The notes: generated by a model not told the origin, from the letters alone. Shown: positions 25,902 through 35,101, counted from the stretch's first letter. The stretch: 35,920 bases of DNA from a virus (IMGVR_UViG_3300038379_000092:1-35920); one strand, 5' to 3'. Numbers and translations are program-made.

Positions 25902-26770
25902 TAGGTTGTCCACTCTTGTATGGCTAGGGAACCCGACGCCGCGCTAGAAATCGCCGCGACCGCACCGTTCGTGAAGTCATGTCCCGCCATGCTGAACACA
26001 TCGCCCGGATCAAGGGTAACACCGCTGTTCAAAACCGCCGTTCCACCGTCAAAGGCGAGACTGATCCGCTGACCGGAAGTAGAGACGTTCCGGAGGGTGA
26101 GGCCGCGCCGGTTGGCGTTGGAAGCGACCGCCGTCGCGCTAGATGTTCCGATGGTTGCCGCCGTTGGCGCATCAGCGCCAAGGTCAACAATCCCCGGAAA
26201 AGCAACAACATTCAACACAGACTGGTCCGAAGCAAGAACCACGGGGGTGGACCCCGACATGGTTTTTTGACCTTGTGTGTTGATACGGTTTGTAAAGGTA
26301 GCGTCCAGAAGAAGGGCTGTCGAAACAGCGACCGTGCCAGAAACGGGAACCGCACTTTGGTCTGACGCGATTACAACTGGCGTTGACCCGGCCATTGCTT
26401 TCTGGCCCTGCGTATTAATGCGCCCGGTAAACGTCGCGTCGAGAAGGAAAGCGTTGCTGACGTTAACTGTGCCGTCTACCGTGAGGCTACTACCGTTATC
26501 ACTGACCGGCTGAACCGTTGGAAAGTTGCCGACATTGACCGTTCCGTCGACCGTCAGAGAGCCGCCGTTGTCGTCGACGGATACCGGCTCCGCAATAGTA
26601 ATCGCCCCCGCCGACAAAACTACATGCAAGTCCCCGTTCGCATCCACCTCGATTCGTCGGGTCTTGTTGGTTCCGCGCTCCGCCGCGAGGAGCGATGATT
26701 CGAGGGATCGGGGGCTAAGAACGCCCTCGTCGCCGTCGGTATCAATGTCGGGTGGTCGGAGATCACCCAC
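25901..26770 (-). CDS. repeat-containing head/tail fibre-like protein
   Basis: Two PVS..DNG.SLTVDGTV repeats and two LLDATFTxRINTQGQKxMxGSTPVVxASDQS repeats. C-terminal NRRGLTLRN jelly-roll-like domain. Confidence 0.75.
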   Translation of the reverse strand: MGDLRPPDIDTDGDEGVLSPRSLESSLLAAERGTNKTRRIEVDANGDLHVVLSAGAITIAEPVSVDDNGGSLTVDGTVNVGNFPTVQPVSDNGSSLTVDGTVNVSNAFLLDATFTGRINTQGQKAMAGSTPVVIASDQSAVPVSGTVAVSTALLLDATFTNRINTQGQKTMSGSTPVVLASDQSVLNVVAFPGIVDLGADAPTAATIGTSSATAVASNANRRGLTLRNVSTSGQRISLAFDGGTAVLNSGVTLDPGDVFSMAGHDFTNGAVAAISSAASGSLAIQEWTT

Positions 26771-26773
26771 GAC

Positions 26774-27034
26774 TTATTCCTTTACGCCGATGCGCTCCCG
26801 CATCTTCGCCAAAGGCTCGTCTTGGAACGGCTTGTCGGTATGCGCCGACGCTCGTTTGCGGAACGTGTAGGTGTTCGCGCCTACGGACAAGACCTCGACC
26901 GGGATCATCACCTCGCCGAAGCTCCCCACATCGAGCGCCTGATCCACCTCGTTCTTCGGCAACGTGAACTCGAACACGTCGGCGGTCGCCTGCGGGTTCT
27001 TTTTGTTGTCCATGTTGGTTTGTGCGTCGGCCAT
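26774..27034 (-). CDS. hypothetical protein
   Basis: Packed in the late operon; RBS ggag. Confidence 0.7.
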   Translation of the reverse strand: MADAQTNMDNKKNPQATADVFEFTLPKNEVDQALDVGSFGEVMIPVEVLSVGANTYTFRKRASAHTDKPFQDEPLAKMRERIGVKE

Positions 27035-27038
27035 TGTT

Positions 27039-27512
27039 TTACTCCGGGAGAATGTCTTGCAGCAACTTGGTCGCCTTGAGGACGGCCTTAAACGCCTTCT
27101 GATTGCGGGGCATCGGACAGGCTTCGAGAACCTTGAGGGCCTGTCGGATCACACCCTCGAACGAACCGGTCCCAACTTGCGGTTCCTCGCCGGGGCGGGG
27201 CGGCAGGACAATCGGGGCAACATAAGGGGTAACGCCGCCCGCGCCGCGCTGGTCCTTGAACGGGTCTTCAAACGGCTCCTTGGCGCGCTGTATTTTCACG
27301 CCGACAGCAGCCAACTTCTTCATCACTTCGTCCTGCCCAGGGTCCACCGCCGCAGGATTCAACTTCGGGCCGGTGATAGGCTGCGACGCCGCCAAACAGC
27401 GGGTGCAAGTTGGAACACCTTGCACGAGGGTTTTCATAAACAGCCTACCCGTCTCCTCGGTGCATTTCGGGCAACTGCCCGTGCCTTTCGCGGTTTCGAT
27501 GGTCGTGCCCAT
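27039..27512 (-). CDS. hypothetical protein with CxxC...CxxC
   Basis: CPKC and CTRC near the N-terminus. Confidence 0.7.
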   Translation of the reverse strand: MGTTIETAKGTGSCPKCTEETGRLFMKTLVQGVPTCTRCLAASQPITGPKLNPAAVDPGQDEVMKKLAAVGVKIQRAKEPFEDPFKDQRGAGGVTPYVAPIVLPPRPGEEPQVGTGSFEGVIRQALKVLEACPMPRNQKAFKAVLKATKLLQDILPE

Positions 27513-27977
27513 TTATGCTTCTCCCCTCGCTCGTTTTCTCATGCGGTGGATTTGCAGGAGGTCGTCTAATTCAACGTGCCCCGAGTTTTCCACCCCAAAT
27601 TTGCGCCTTGCGACCTGTTCCCCATGCTCAACCGCCTGATTTAGCGCATCTTGGATCGGGTCCACCCATTTGCCCCGCGCCTCCCGCTTGCGAACATCAA
27701 GGTGGGTCGAAAAGACCTTCTCGATGAGGCGTTTTGGGGCGAGGCCCTTGTGGTGGATGATATTGAGCGTCCGTCGCCAGCCACCCTTGGCGATGAACTG
27801 CTTGTTCCAGATCGTATGCTCCGGGATGTAGTTCTTGTCCACGCCACAGACTTGCATTGGTCCCGTGCGGGCATCCACGTAGTAAAGTCCCGCAGGAAAG
27901 TCGGGACGTTCGTTGCTGATTATCCGAAAATGCGGGTTCAGCTTCCTGATTTTTCTATGAAAGTCACATGATAACAT
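27513..27977 (-). CDS. hypothetical protein
   Basis: RBS aaggggag; GGWRRTL motif. Confidence 0.75.
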   Translation of the reverse strand: MLSCDFHRKIRKLNPHFRIISNERPDFPAGLYYVDARTGPMQVCGVDKNYIPEHTIWNKQFIAKGGWRRTLNIIHHKGLAPKRLIEKVFSTHLDVRKREARGKWVDPIQDALNQAVEHGEQVARRKFGVENSGHVELDDLLQIHRMRKRARGEA

Positions 27978-27986
27978 GTGGCGTCT

Positions 27987-28067
27987 CTCCCCTTAAATCG
28001 TAGGGATTCCCCGGCCCCCACAGGAGGGGAGGCCCGTGAGGGCCAGGGTTTCCCAAACTTGCTACGA
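27987..28067 (-). promoter_or_regulatory. post-capsid long hairpin with loop complementary to the downstream RBS
   Basis: 16-bp stem (28009-28024/28033-28048). Loop CCUCCCCU on - is complementary to AGGGGAG at 27987-27993. Confidence 0.55.
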
Positions 28068-28080
28068 CTACACGGCTTGC

Positions 28081-29046
28081 TTAAGTCGCGGCGCTGCCCG
28101 TGTAGATTTGGATGGCCCGCTGCGCGGACAGAACAGTCGAAGCCATCGTGAACTTCCAACCGAGCGTGGTGAACATCTCCAACGGGTCGGAGTTTCCGCC
28201 CGCAGGCTGCCGGATGGTACGGATGCCGTTTCCAGCAAGCTCGGTCACACCATACGCGCCCTTACCGAACACGAACGCCCGGTAGGTTTCGTCCGTGGCC
28301 CCGGTGCCGGTCACGAAGTTATTCGTGACGACGAACCGGCAGCCCCACAACTGGCCGATTTCCCCATTCATCAGGGCTTGCGGCTGGTTGTATTTGTGGA
28401 CCTCGATGAAGCTGCCCGCGCTGGAATCGCCGGACAGGTCGAACCACTGGGCGGGGGTGATGACGGCTTTGTACATATTGCCCTCAAAACCCGGAACCGC
28501 CTGGCCCGGAGTGGTACCGGTGGAACCGTTCCGCAGAGCGAACACGGCCTTCCGAACCTCGCTCGCGTTCAGGACAGAAGCGTCCGCAACAGTGGCCTCA
28601 CTGGCAGCAGCGCCAGCGAACTGGTTGGTCAGGTTTCCGCTGATCGCGGTCAGAACCAAGCTGTCGTAGGACAGCGCGGCCTGATCGGAAAGCTCGTCCA
28701 GCACTTCCTCAACAATGGGGTTGACGGCTTCCAGGTTGAGTTTCGAGGACAGCCGGACCACAGCGCCGTATTCCAGCGGCTCCGCCGTGAAGCGGGTCGT
28801 GGCAATCGCGGTGTCGCCGGGGTTGGTGCCTTCGGTGAGAGGCGTGGTCGCGGCGGCCAGCTTGTTCAGCCGGAACCACACGATCATCGTGCCGTTATTT
28901 TTAGGCAGCGGACGAGATTCGCCCATGTCCTTGAAGTAAAGCTGCGGGGACAAGCGGGACAGGAAACGCTTGTCGTAATACCGCCCGACATCGGTGGGAT
29001 ACGCGGTACCGGGAGAGCCCTGGGTACCGATAGTTTGGACAGCCAT
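28081..29046 (-). CDS. major capsid protein, N4-gp56 family
   Basis: YYDKRFL, PLPKNNG, PLTEGTNP, EYG...LS, GEIG.LWGCRFV, FGKGAYG, DPLE..TTLGWK. Confidence 0.93.
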   Translation of the reverse strand: MAVQTIGTQGSPGTAYPTDVGRYYDKRFLSRLSPQLYFKDMGESRPLPKNNGTMIVWFRLNKLAAATTPLTEGTNPGDTAIATTRFTAEPLEYGAVVRLSSKLNLEAVNPIVEEVLDELSDQAALSYDSLVLTAISGNLTNQFAGAAASEATVADASVLNASEVRKAVFALRNGSTGTTPGQAVPGFEGNMYKAVITPAQWFDLSGDSSAGSFIEVHKYNQPQALMNGEIGQLWGCRFVVTNNFVTGTGATDETYRAFVFGKGAYGVTELAGNGIRTIRQPAGGNSDPLEMFTTLGWKFTMASTVLSAQRAIQIYTGSAAT

Positions 29047-29100
29047 TTTTGAATCTCCTTGGGGAAGTTGCTATTTCTTCACGATCCCCAAGTCTCGCAT

Positions 29101-29985
29101 CTATTCCGCCTCGCCGTGTCGTGCGACAACCAGTTTTCTGGCGTCCGCGACAGAGAGCTTGTCGAAGTCAATGGGTTGGGAACTCGTGTTTTTCCCACCA
29201 CCCGGCACAGACGTTTCCGCCTCTCGTGCCAGTCCAGCGCGGGCTTTCGCCGCGCCTTCCGCCTCAGCCGCTTTGATAGCGTCTTGGCTGTGTTGAAGTT
29301 TTGCGAGGTTGTACAGGTAGTCGGTCAGTTCGTCAGGATCAACGCTGTCGGGATTCGTGGGCAAGAGGCCAGCTTTGAACTCCTCTCGCATCTGCACCAT
29401 GATCTCCGACATCGTGGGTTCTAACTTGGCGAAGTCGGGAAAGTTCTGAGTGTCCGAGCGGCGATCTTTGACCGCAGCGGCCACTTCACGCTTCCTCAAA
29501 CGCGCTTCCGTCGCGGCGGCCCTGGCTTCAAACCGATCCGACAGGTCTTTATCGCGCTTCGCTAAGAAGTTCTCCAAGAACTTCGGTCCCTGTGTCTGCA
29601 AGCCTTCCAAGAACTGCTCAGGCGTAAGCTCCTCGTTGGCCGCCTTCGACAAAGCCTCTGTCAAAGTTTTCAGTTGCTCGCGGAGCGGTCCAATCTCGCG
29701 CTCAAAGTTGTTCCTTTCGGTGCCTTGAGCGATAAGCTTCTTGCGAAGCTCGTTGAAGTTCTTCCGTTCCTGTTCGAGAACCTTTGCGGTACGAATCGCT
29801 TCGTCCTGCCAGTTTCGCCCGGTTGTTTCGGTAGGAGTGCCGTTTTTGGTGGGGTCCGTTGCGGCGCTACCGGAGTCGGGGACAACAGTAGGGTTGGTAT
29901 CGGGTGCCTTGGTTTCCGGGGCGGGCGGCTGAACCGCGTCGCCGAGAGGCTGATCTCCGATATACCCTGTTTCGTTTTCTGCCAT
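29101..29985 (-). CDS. capsid scaffolding protein
   Basis: Acidic, Pro-rich N-terminus plus coiled coil, directly upstream of the capsid gene. Confidence 0.75.
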   Translation of the reverse strand: MAENETGYIGDQPLGDAVQPPAPETKAPDTNPTVVPDSGSAATDPTKNGTPTETTGRNWQDEAIRTAKVLEQERKNFNELRKKLIAQGTERNNFEREIGPLREQLKTLTEALSKAANEELTPEQFLEGLQTQGPKFLENFLAKRDKDLSDRFEARAAATEARLRKREVAAAVKDRRSDTQNFPDFAKLEPTMSEIMVQMREEFKAGLLPTNPDSVDPDELTDYLYNLAKLQHSQDAIKAAEAEGAAKARAGLAREAETSVPGGGKNTSSQPIDFDKLSVADARKLVVARHGEAE

Positions 29986-29996
29986 TGTAATTCTCC

Positions 29997-30284
29997 TTAT
30001 TCCGCTTTCGCGGAGGGAGGATTCGGGAGGGCGGTGTGCGCGTCCTCCTCTTTCCCCTGCGCCGCAACTTTTCCTTGCATCAGGACCAGTTTAACGACGT
30101 TAAAAAAAGCTTCAATGTTGCGGGCCTGCTGGCGAAACCTCTCCGCCTCCTCCGCCGACGCGCCCTTCCACCAGTTGAGGTGGAGAAGCGCCCGCTGCTC
30201 GGCGATCTTCGCCCGGAGAATAGCCATTCCGGGGTGCTTCATCAACTCGCGAACCTGATCCGCCTCCCAAACGCGCCTATCCAT
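29997..30284 (-). CDS. small portal-adjacent protein
   Basis: LMKHPG..IL helical pattern typical of genes following podoviral portals. Confidence 0.7.
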   Translation of the reverse strand: MDRRVWEADQVRELMKHPGMAILRAKIAEQRALLHLNWWKGASAEEAERFRQQARNIEAFFNVVKLVLMQGKVAAQGKEEDAHTALPNPPSAKAE

Positions 30285-30302
30285 TTTTTCCCCTTGTTCG
30301 CA

Positions 30303-32216
30303 TTAGGCGGGCGGATTAATCGCGCCGCCGGACCCGTTCTGCGAAACCTGCTTCACAATGGCTTCCTCGGTGCCCGCCGAAATGTCGGGGTTTTGGAGGA
30401 CGTTCATCACCTGGGTTTGCGGCATCGGGGCGTCCATCACGACTTCCTTAGAAGTCTGCTTCATCTGCATCAAGTCCCAATGGACCGCCGCGATTTTGCT
30501 CAGGTTGAGGCCCGGCAGACCCTTCCAGACGTTCACATAGGCGATGATCTGGTTGATGACCGCCTCGCGGGTCACGGTTTCGCTGATCCCGAGCATGGTG
30601 AAGGTCATGTCCGCCCGAATGTCCTCGGGGGCGAGCCGATCCTGCACCACAGGGCCGTAAAATTCTTGTAACACCTCGTCCGAGTCCAAGAACTGCTCAT
30701 TGAGTTGTTTAAACATCGTCAAGACTTTGCTGAGAACGCCCTTTTCGACCAAGAGCGCCCCCATGCCGAACTTCTCAAGGGCCTGGGAGATGATAAGCTG
30801 AGCGCCCCGCGCCGTCCGGCCAAGGGTTCCGCCCTGGGGAGTGCCCTGCAAGGACTTGGGAGCGGTGGTGTTCTCGATGTCCGTCTGGATCAGCTCGCTC
30901 ATTTGGAGCGGGGAGACGGGAATGGGTTCCTGGCCGATGACATCCAACCCGTCCATGTCGCCAGTCACGATGATGCCGTTGGGGGAGGAGACGAGGGTGT
31001 CGAGATCAACGTCCGCCATCGAATGAACCTTCCACATCCGGTTGATGATGAGGTTGTTCATATCAATGTTCTGATTCCGAATGGTGACAAGCTCGTGAAT
31101 CAGGCCGATGACCGGCTCGATGAGGCCCATGCCGAACCACTCGTTCGGGACGGGAAACAGAACGCCCCGGACTAGGGGACGCTTTTGATGCTCAAAGGGA
31201 TTGCGCTTCGCCTTGATTAAGGTCTTGCGGTTGGCGAACACGAGTTGAACTTCCTCGCGGATGCCGTCGCCGTCCAAGTCTTCCTTCCCCCAAAAGGTAA
31301 TGAGTTCGACCATCTTGCCGGGATCGGTGACGCGGCCAACCTCGCCGGTTCCACGGATGGAACGCTTGTCCACTTTGAACTGCTGCATCTCGTATTTGTT
31401 CTCGCCGCCGCACTGCTTCTCCACCTCGTCATAATTGGCGTAGCAAGGATAGTCCCCGGTGGAAAGCTCTTTGAGGTCTTCCAAAGAGATGGATGTGGCG
31501 ATGTAAACGCCCTGCGAGTTCTGCTCGTTGCGGGCGTCGGGGTCCGGGTAAACGTCCTCGATGTTCAAGACCTCAACTTCGGGGCGTTGCTCCGTGACCT
31601 TGTAGGACAACTTCTTGGTCCAGGTCAGAGTCTCGCCCATCGGGAAGCCGAGGATGGTCCGGGGCTTACGTTCAGCAACGCGCTCATACACCCACTCCCG
31701 CTTGACCTTCCAGTAGACGTAGAAATAGGACGTGCCGTACATGAACAACTGCTTGCCCCAGTCAATGAACTTAACGAAGAAATCGGCAAGCTCGAACTGA
31801 TAGCGAAGCAAATCCTCGTTGGCCGTTAAAATCTCTGCGGGGACGGGGTTGTTCTTGGAACGGGACTGGGCGCTGAACCAATCCGGCTGTCCGAAGATGA
31901 CGGTGACGAGCTTCGGCAAGGCGCTCTCAATCACCTGGAACACGATGGGTAGCACAATCTTGGCCCGAGTGGGCAACTTCACCCCGGAAGACTGGGCAAA
32001 GAACAGCCGGTAAATCTCGGTCCAGATGTTTTCCAACGGACTCCGCCAATCGGACCAATGCTGGAACCGCTTCATGTGCCGGTCAGTGAGTTCCTGCTGG
32101 ACCTGCGCGGCCTCCGCGCCCTCTTTCCCTTCGGCGGCCTTCAATTCGATAGGACGAACGACCGGCTCCTGGGGAGCGGCTTCGGGGGTCGCGGGCTGGT
32201 TCTCGAAAATAGCCAT
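30303..32216 (-). CDS. portal protein (P22-like)
   Basis: 637 aa, after TerL. YGT, DVYPDPDA, NPFEH..RP, FGMGLIE, RTARG motifs. Confidence 0.92.
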   Translation of the reverse strand: MAIFENQPATPEAAPQEPVVRPIELKAAEGKEGAEAAQVQQELTDRHMKRFQHWSDWRSPLENIWTEIYRLFFAQSSGVKLPTRAKIVLPIVFQVIESALPKLVTVIFGQPDWFSAQSRSKNNPVPAEILTANEDLLRYQFELADFFVKFIDWGKQLFMYGTSYFYVYWKVKREWVYERVAERKPRTILGFPMGETLTWTKKLSYKVTEQRPEVEVLNIEDVYPDPDARNEQNSQGVYIATSISLEDLKELSTGDYPCYANYDEVEKQCGGENKYEMQQFKVDKRSIRGTGEVGRVTDPGKMVELITFWGKEDLDGDGIREEVQLVFANRKTLIKAKRNPFEHQKRPLVRGVLFPVPNEWFGMGLIEPVIGLIHELVTIRNQNIDMNNLIINRMWKVHSMADVDLDTLVSSPNGIIVTGDMDGLDVIGQEPIPVSPLQMSELIQTDIENTTAPKSLQGTPQGGTLGRTARGAQLIISQALEKFGMGALLVEKGVLSKVLTMFKQLNEQFLDSDEVLQEFYGPVVQDRLAPEDIRADMTFTMLGISETVTREAVINQIIAYVNVWKGLPGLNLSKIAAVHWDLMQMKQTSKEVVMDAPMPQTQVMNVLQNPDISAGTEEAIVKQVSQNGSGGAINPPA

Positions 32217-33578
32217 TTAGAAATATCCTGTGAAGCGGTCTGCGGCGTTGTGCGTCATGCTACGGCGGACTTGCGTTGGAAAGCGTTTGTGCATTTGGTA
32301 TTTGATGCTGGTCGGCTTCTCTTTGTAGATGCCTTCCATGTTCCGGCTGAACGCATATTTGAGGCCGTCCATCGCGTGGTCGTGGGATTTGACGGGCTTG
32401 CCGTCGTTCGCCTTGTCGTCCTGATCCAGCTTGTAGTGGTAGGTTTGAAGCTCCTCGATCACGTTCCGACAGTTAGCAAAGACCTTGAGGCGCTTCTCAA
32501 TGAACAGCGTCTTGATGCGCTCAATTCCCATCTCAACTTCGTTGTTGGCGCGGGAAACGCCTTTAACCCCGTGAGCGCGTTGAAGCTCCGCGATCTCCTG
32601 GGCACCCCGAGGGTCGCCGAGAGTGTAACGAAGGCCCATGTTTTCAATCGCCGCAGCAACCTCATGCAGGAGCGCCCCCTTCTTGTAAAACTCACGGAAG
32701 ATATAATACTCGGGCGGCGTCACTACCCGCTTGTCCTTATCCCGGACTTCGGGCTTCTCGACCACACCGACAACCGTAGTGATGGAACCGAATCCGAAGT
32801 CGAGGCCACCGAAACGCCGCCAATGGGCGGGGATTGGGAACGGCTTTACCACGTCTGTGGCCGGATCGAAGTCTTTGTAAACGAGGCCGTGAGGTCGGGT
32901 GAACTTGCCCTCGTACCGAAGCTGGTAAACCTCAGTGGAGAGAATCTTTCGTTGCCGCGCAAGCTCCTCGGGCGGGAAGCCTGGGTTGTCGGCGGTGTTC
33001 CACTCCACAACGGCGAGTTCGGGATCAGGGTCTTCACACTTAGTTGGGGCCGCATTAAGTCGCAGAGCCTTATTGTAGACCTGATCCTTTACCCAAAAAT
33101 AGCCCAGGTAGGGGGTCGTTGTCATAATGCAGCGACCGCGTAAAGCACCCAGGCGGGCTTGAATATTGACCCAAACTTGGTTGACCATCTGACCAAATTC
33201 GTCCAACCACGCGCCCCGGAGCGTCATGCCTTCCAGGTGGTTCGGGTCGTCCGCCGAGCGGACAAAAATTTTTCCGTTGCCAAAGGCTTCGTTAAGCTCG
33301 AAGCACTGTTTCTGTTCCTTCCACTCGCCCCAGTCCTTCGGAAAGAGTTGAAGGAATTTAACCATCGTGGACTGATTCAGAATTTTGACGGTGGGGGCGC
33401 AGATCAGGTAGTCGCCATAAACCCCGGCGTTGGCGTTTTGCTGGATCACGAGGAGGAGCCACAGCGCCCCCAGGAGAGTTTTGCCGCCCTGGGCACCGGC
33501 GATGCAAAGGATATAGCGGGCCGTCTCGTCCAACGCCATCTGCTGAAACTTGTGGGGAAACCCCTTGGGAACGTCCAT
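32217..33578 (-). CDS. terL: terminase large subunit
   Basis: Walker A AGAQGGKT, Walker B WLDE, MTTTP; nuclease GLDFG and DHAMDGLKYA. Confidence 0.95.
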   Translation of the reverse strand: MDVPKGFPHKFQQMALDETARYILCIAGAQGGKTLLGALWLLLVIQQNANAGVYGDYLICAPTVKILNQSTMVKFLQLFPKDWGEWKEQKQCFELNEAFGNGKIFVRSADDPNHLEGMTLRGAWLDEFGQMVNQVWVNIQARLGALRGRCIMTTTPYLGYFWVKDQVYNKALRLNAAPTKCEDPDPELAVVEWNTADNPGFPPEELARQRKILSTEVYQLRYEGKFTRPHGLVYKDFDPATDVVKPFPIPAHWRRFGGLDFGFGSITTVVGVVEKPEVRDKDKRVVTPPEYYIFREFYKKGALLHEVAAAIENMGLRYTLGDPRGAQEIAELQRAHGVKGVSRANNEVEMGIERIKTLFIEKRLKVFANCRNVIEELQTYHYKLDQDDKANDGKPVKSHDHAMDGLKYAFSRNMEGIYKEKPTSIKYQMHKRFPTQVRRSMTHNAADRFTGYF

Positions 33579-33581
33579 TCG

Positions 33582-33827
33582 CTATTTCCTCATCGCCTTG
33601 CGGAACCACTTGCCCCGGTCTTCGGGGAGGACGTAGTGCGGGCCGCCGTCGCTTGGGGAGCTATACCTGTTTGCCGCCTGATCGTCCCGGAACCAAGGCT
33701 CCTGGCCCTGGGTAATCCGCTGCTTGCTCACCCGCCGGAACGCCCGGCTGGACATCTGTTTCCACCACTTCTCGCTGCGGCTGCTCACGTGGGACGCGAA
33801 CGGGCGTTTCTTGTGGCTTCGGCTCAT
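33582..33827 (-). CDS. conserved basic protein (MSRSxKK...KxMRK family)
   Basis: MSRSHKKRP...SEKWWKQMSSRAFRR...DG...KAMRK. RBS gggag. Ends 3 nt before terL. Confidence 0.75.
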   Translation of the reverse strand: MSRSHKKRPFASHVSSRSEKWWKQMSSRAFRRVSKQRITQGQEPWFRDDQAANRYSSPSDGGPHYVLPEDRGKWFRKAMRK

Positions 33828-34281
33828 GGTCGCGCTGCTCCCGCGAAAATTCATCTATCAGCTTGCCCGCAAGGTGATCCAGTTCGTGCTGTACAGCTTG
33901 GGCTTCCAGTCCGCGAAATTTTTCCACCCGGTTCTTGCCGTGCCGGTCTTGGTAGCCCACCAGGATTTCCATGCTCCGGGGGACGTGGTATTCTTCGCCC
34001 GGCAAGCTCAAGCACCCCTCCATGACGATAACCTTACGGCTGGCTTTGAGGAGGACGGGGTTGACCAGTTCAATCCGCTCGTGCTTGGGAAGCTGGACGA
34101 CAGCCACTTGCCAGTCTAGCCCGACCTGCGGGGCGGCCAGTCCAAGGCCGCTCTCCTGCTTCATCGTTTCTGTCATCTCCCGAAGTAGCACCGGGAGGTG
34201 CCCGGCCATCGAGCCAGGGAACTCCACAGGACGCGCTTTTTGGCGCAAAACCGGGTCAAACTTAGAAACGAGTGTGAGCAT
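33661..34281 (-). CDS. def: peptide deformylase
   Basis: All three PDF motifs are present: GLGLAAPQVG, EGCLS, QHELDHLAG. Confidence 0.95.
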   Translation of the reverse strand: MLTLVSKFDPVLRQKARPVEFPGSMAGHLPVLLREMTETMKQESGLGLAAPQVGLDWQVAVVQLPKHERIELVNPVLLKASRKVIVMEGCLSLPGEEYHVPRSMEILVGYQDRHGKNRVEKFRGLEAQAVQHELDHLAGKLIDEFSREQRDHEPKPQETPVRVPREQPQREVVETDVQPGVPAGEQAADYPGPGALVPGRSGGKQV

Positions 34282-34422
34282 GTAAACCGGCGCTCCGAAC
34301 TAGCATAAAAAATCTCGGCTCCCATCGCCTCTGCCGCCTGTGGGAGGGGTTTGTTTTGAAGTTTCCTTCTGGCGATCTACCGAGAAAGGGTGGGGGTTTG
34401 CGTCATTGGTCCCTCAATACTC

Positions 34423-34555
34423 ACCGGCCTTGGCCGACGTTGGTTTCCCAGGATTCCTGGTAGTTTCAGGATGTGCCGGGATTCCCGGTAAAATTGCCCT
34501 CGTTTTTTGGTTGGTGAGGGGAAGGGTCGGGTAAACCCCGACCAAGGCCAACGGT
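34423..34555 (-). ncRNA. structured intergenic element upstream of def
   Basis: Long-range helix 34426-34437/34538-34549 encloses two related palindromes at 34448-34462 and 34476-34490. Confidence 0.5.
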
Positions 34556-34591
34556 CCAGTTAATACCACCCGCGCCCGCTCGGTGGCCCCC

Positions 34592-35101
34592 TTACTGTTC
34601 GGGGTTTTCTTTGGCGCTGTTTTGCGGTTGGGCTTCGGTCTGAACGACTTCCGCCTCTACGACGGTCGTTTCCCCCGGCGGGGAGGTTTCCGTCTTTTTT
34701 TCCGCATACCTGTTGATCTGAATGTTGGTGACATTGGGGCGGTCAGGTTTCATCCCGTCCAACACCTTGTCCTGCAATGCCAGTAGTTTGAGCTTCTGCC
34801 CCACCGTCAAACCTGTTTCCGGGATGTGAACGGGGATAGAATTGAGCTTGCTGATCTCGGCCAACAGGTCGCCCTTGCTTACCCCCCTGGCCTGGGCAAA
34901 GGCTTGAAGTTCCCGGTCCAGCCGGGCTTTGAGGACGTAGGCCGCGTGTTTGTCGCCCCTGCCGCCCGCCTCCTGGTAGGCTTCCCAAACAGATTTGCCC
35001 TCAAGAACCCCCCACAGGAAAACCCGGTTGAGAGGCGTCATTTCGGCCAATAATGCGGAGTTGTCTTGGGCGGGCTTGGCCGGGAGCCTATTGGGTTCCA
35101 T
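34592..35101 (-). CDS. terS: terminase small subunit
   Basis: TPLNRVF...GKSVWEAYQEAG HTH, oligomerisation helices, acidic tail. Upstream of terL. RBS gagggg. Confidence 0.75.
   Translation of the reverse strand: MEPNRLPAKPAQDNSALLAEMTPLNRVFLWGVLEGKSVWEAYQEAGGRGDKHAAYVLKARLDRELQAFAQARGVSKGDLLAEISKLNSIPVHIPETGLTVGQKLKLLALQDKVLDGMKPDRPNVTNIQINRYAEKKTETSPPGETTVVEAEVVQTEAQPQNSAKENPEQ

Noticed and set aside
17506-26770. Diversity-generating retroelement or invertible tail cassette
   Set aside because: No reverse transcriptase or recombinase, and no near-identical TR/VR pair or flanking inverted repeats noticed.
13608-34025. Long + strand ORFs in the structural arm (e.g. 13608-14384, 17392-18525, 28036-29052, 32058-33143, 33159-34025)
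   Set aside because: Antisense shadows of well-supported - strand genes, expected with GC3-rich codon usage.
34370-34415. c-di-GMP-I riboswitch (gacgcaaacc on - strand)
   Set aside because: Only a short word matches; the GGCAAAC-GNRA-GGGACGCAAAGC architecture is absent.
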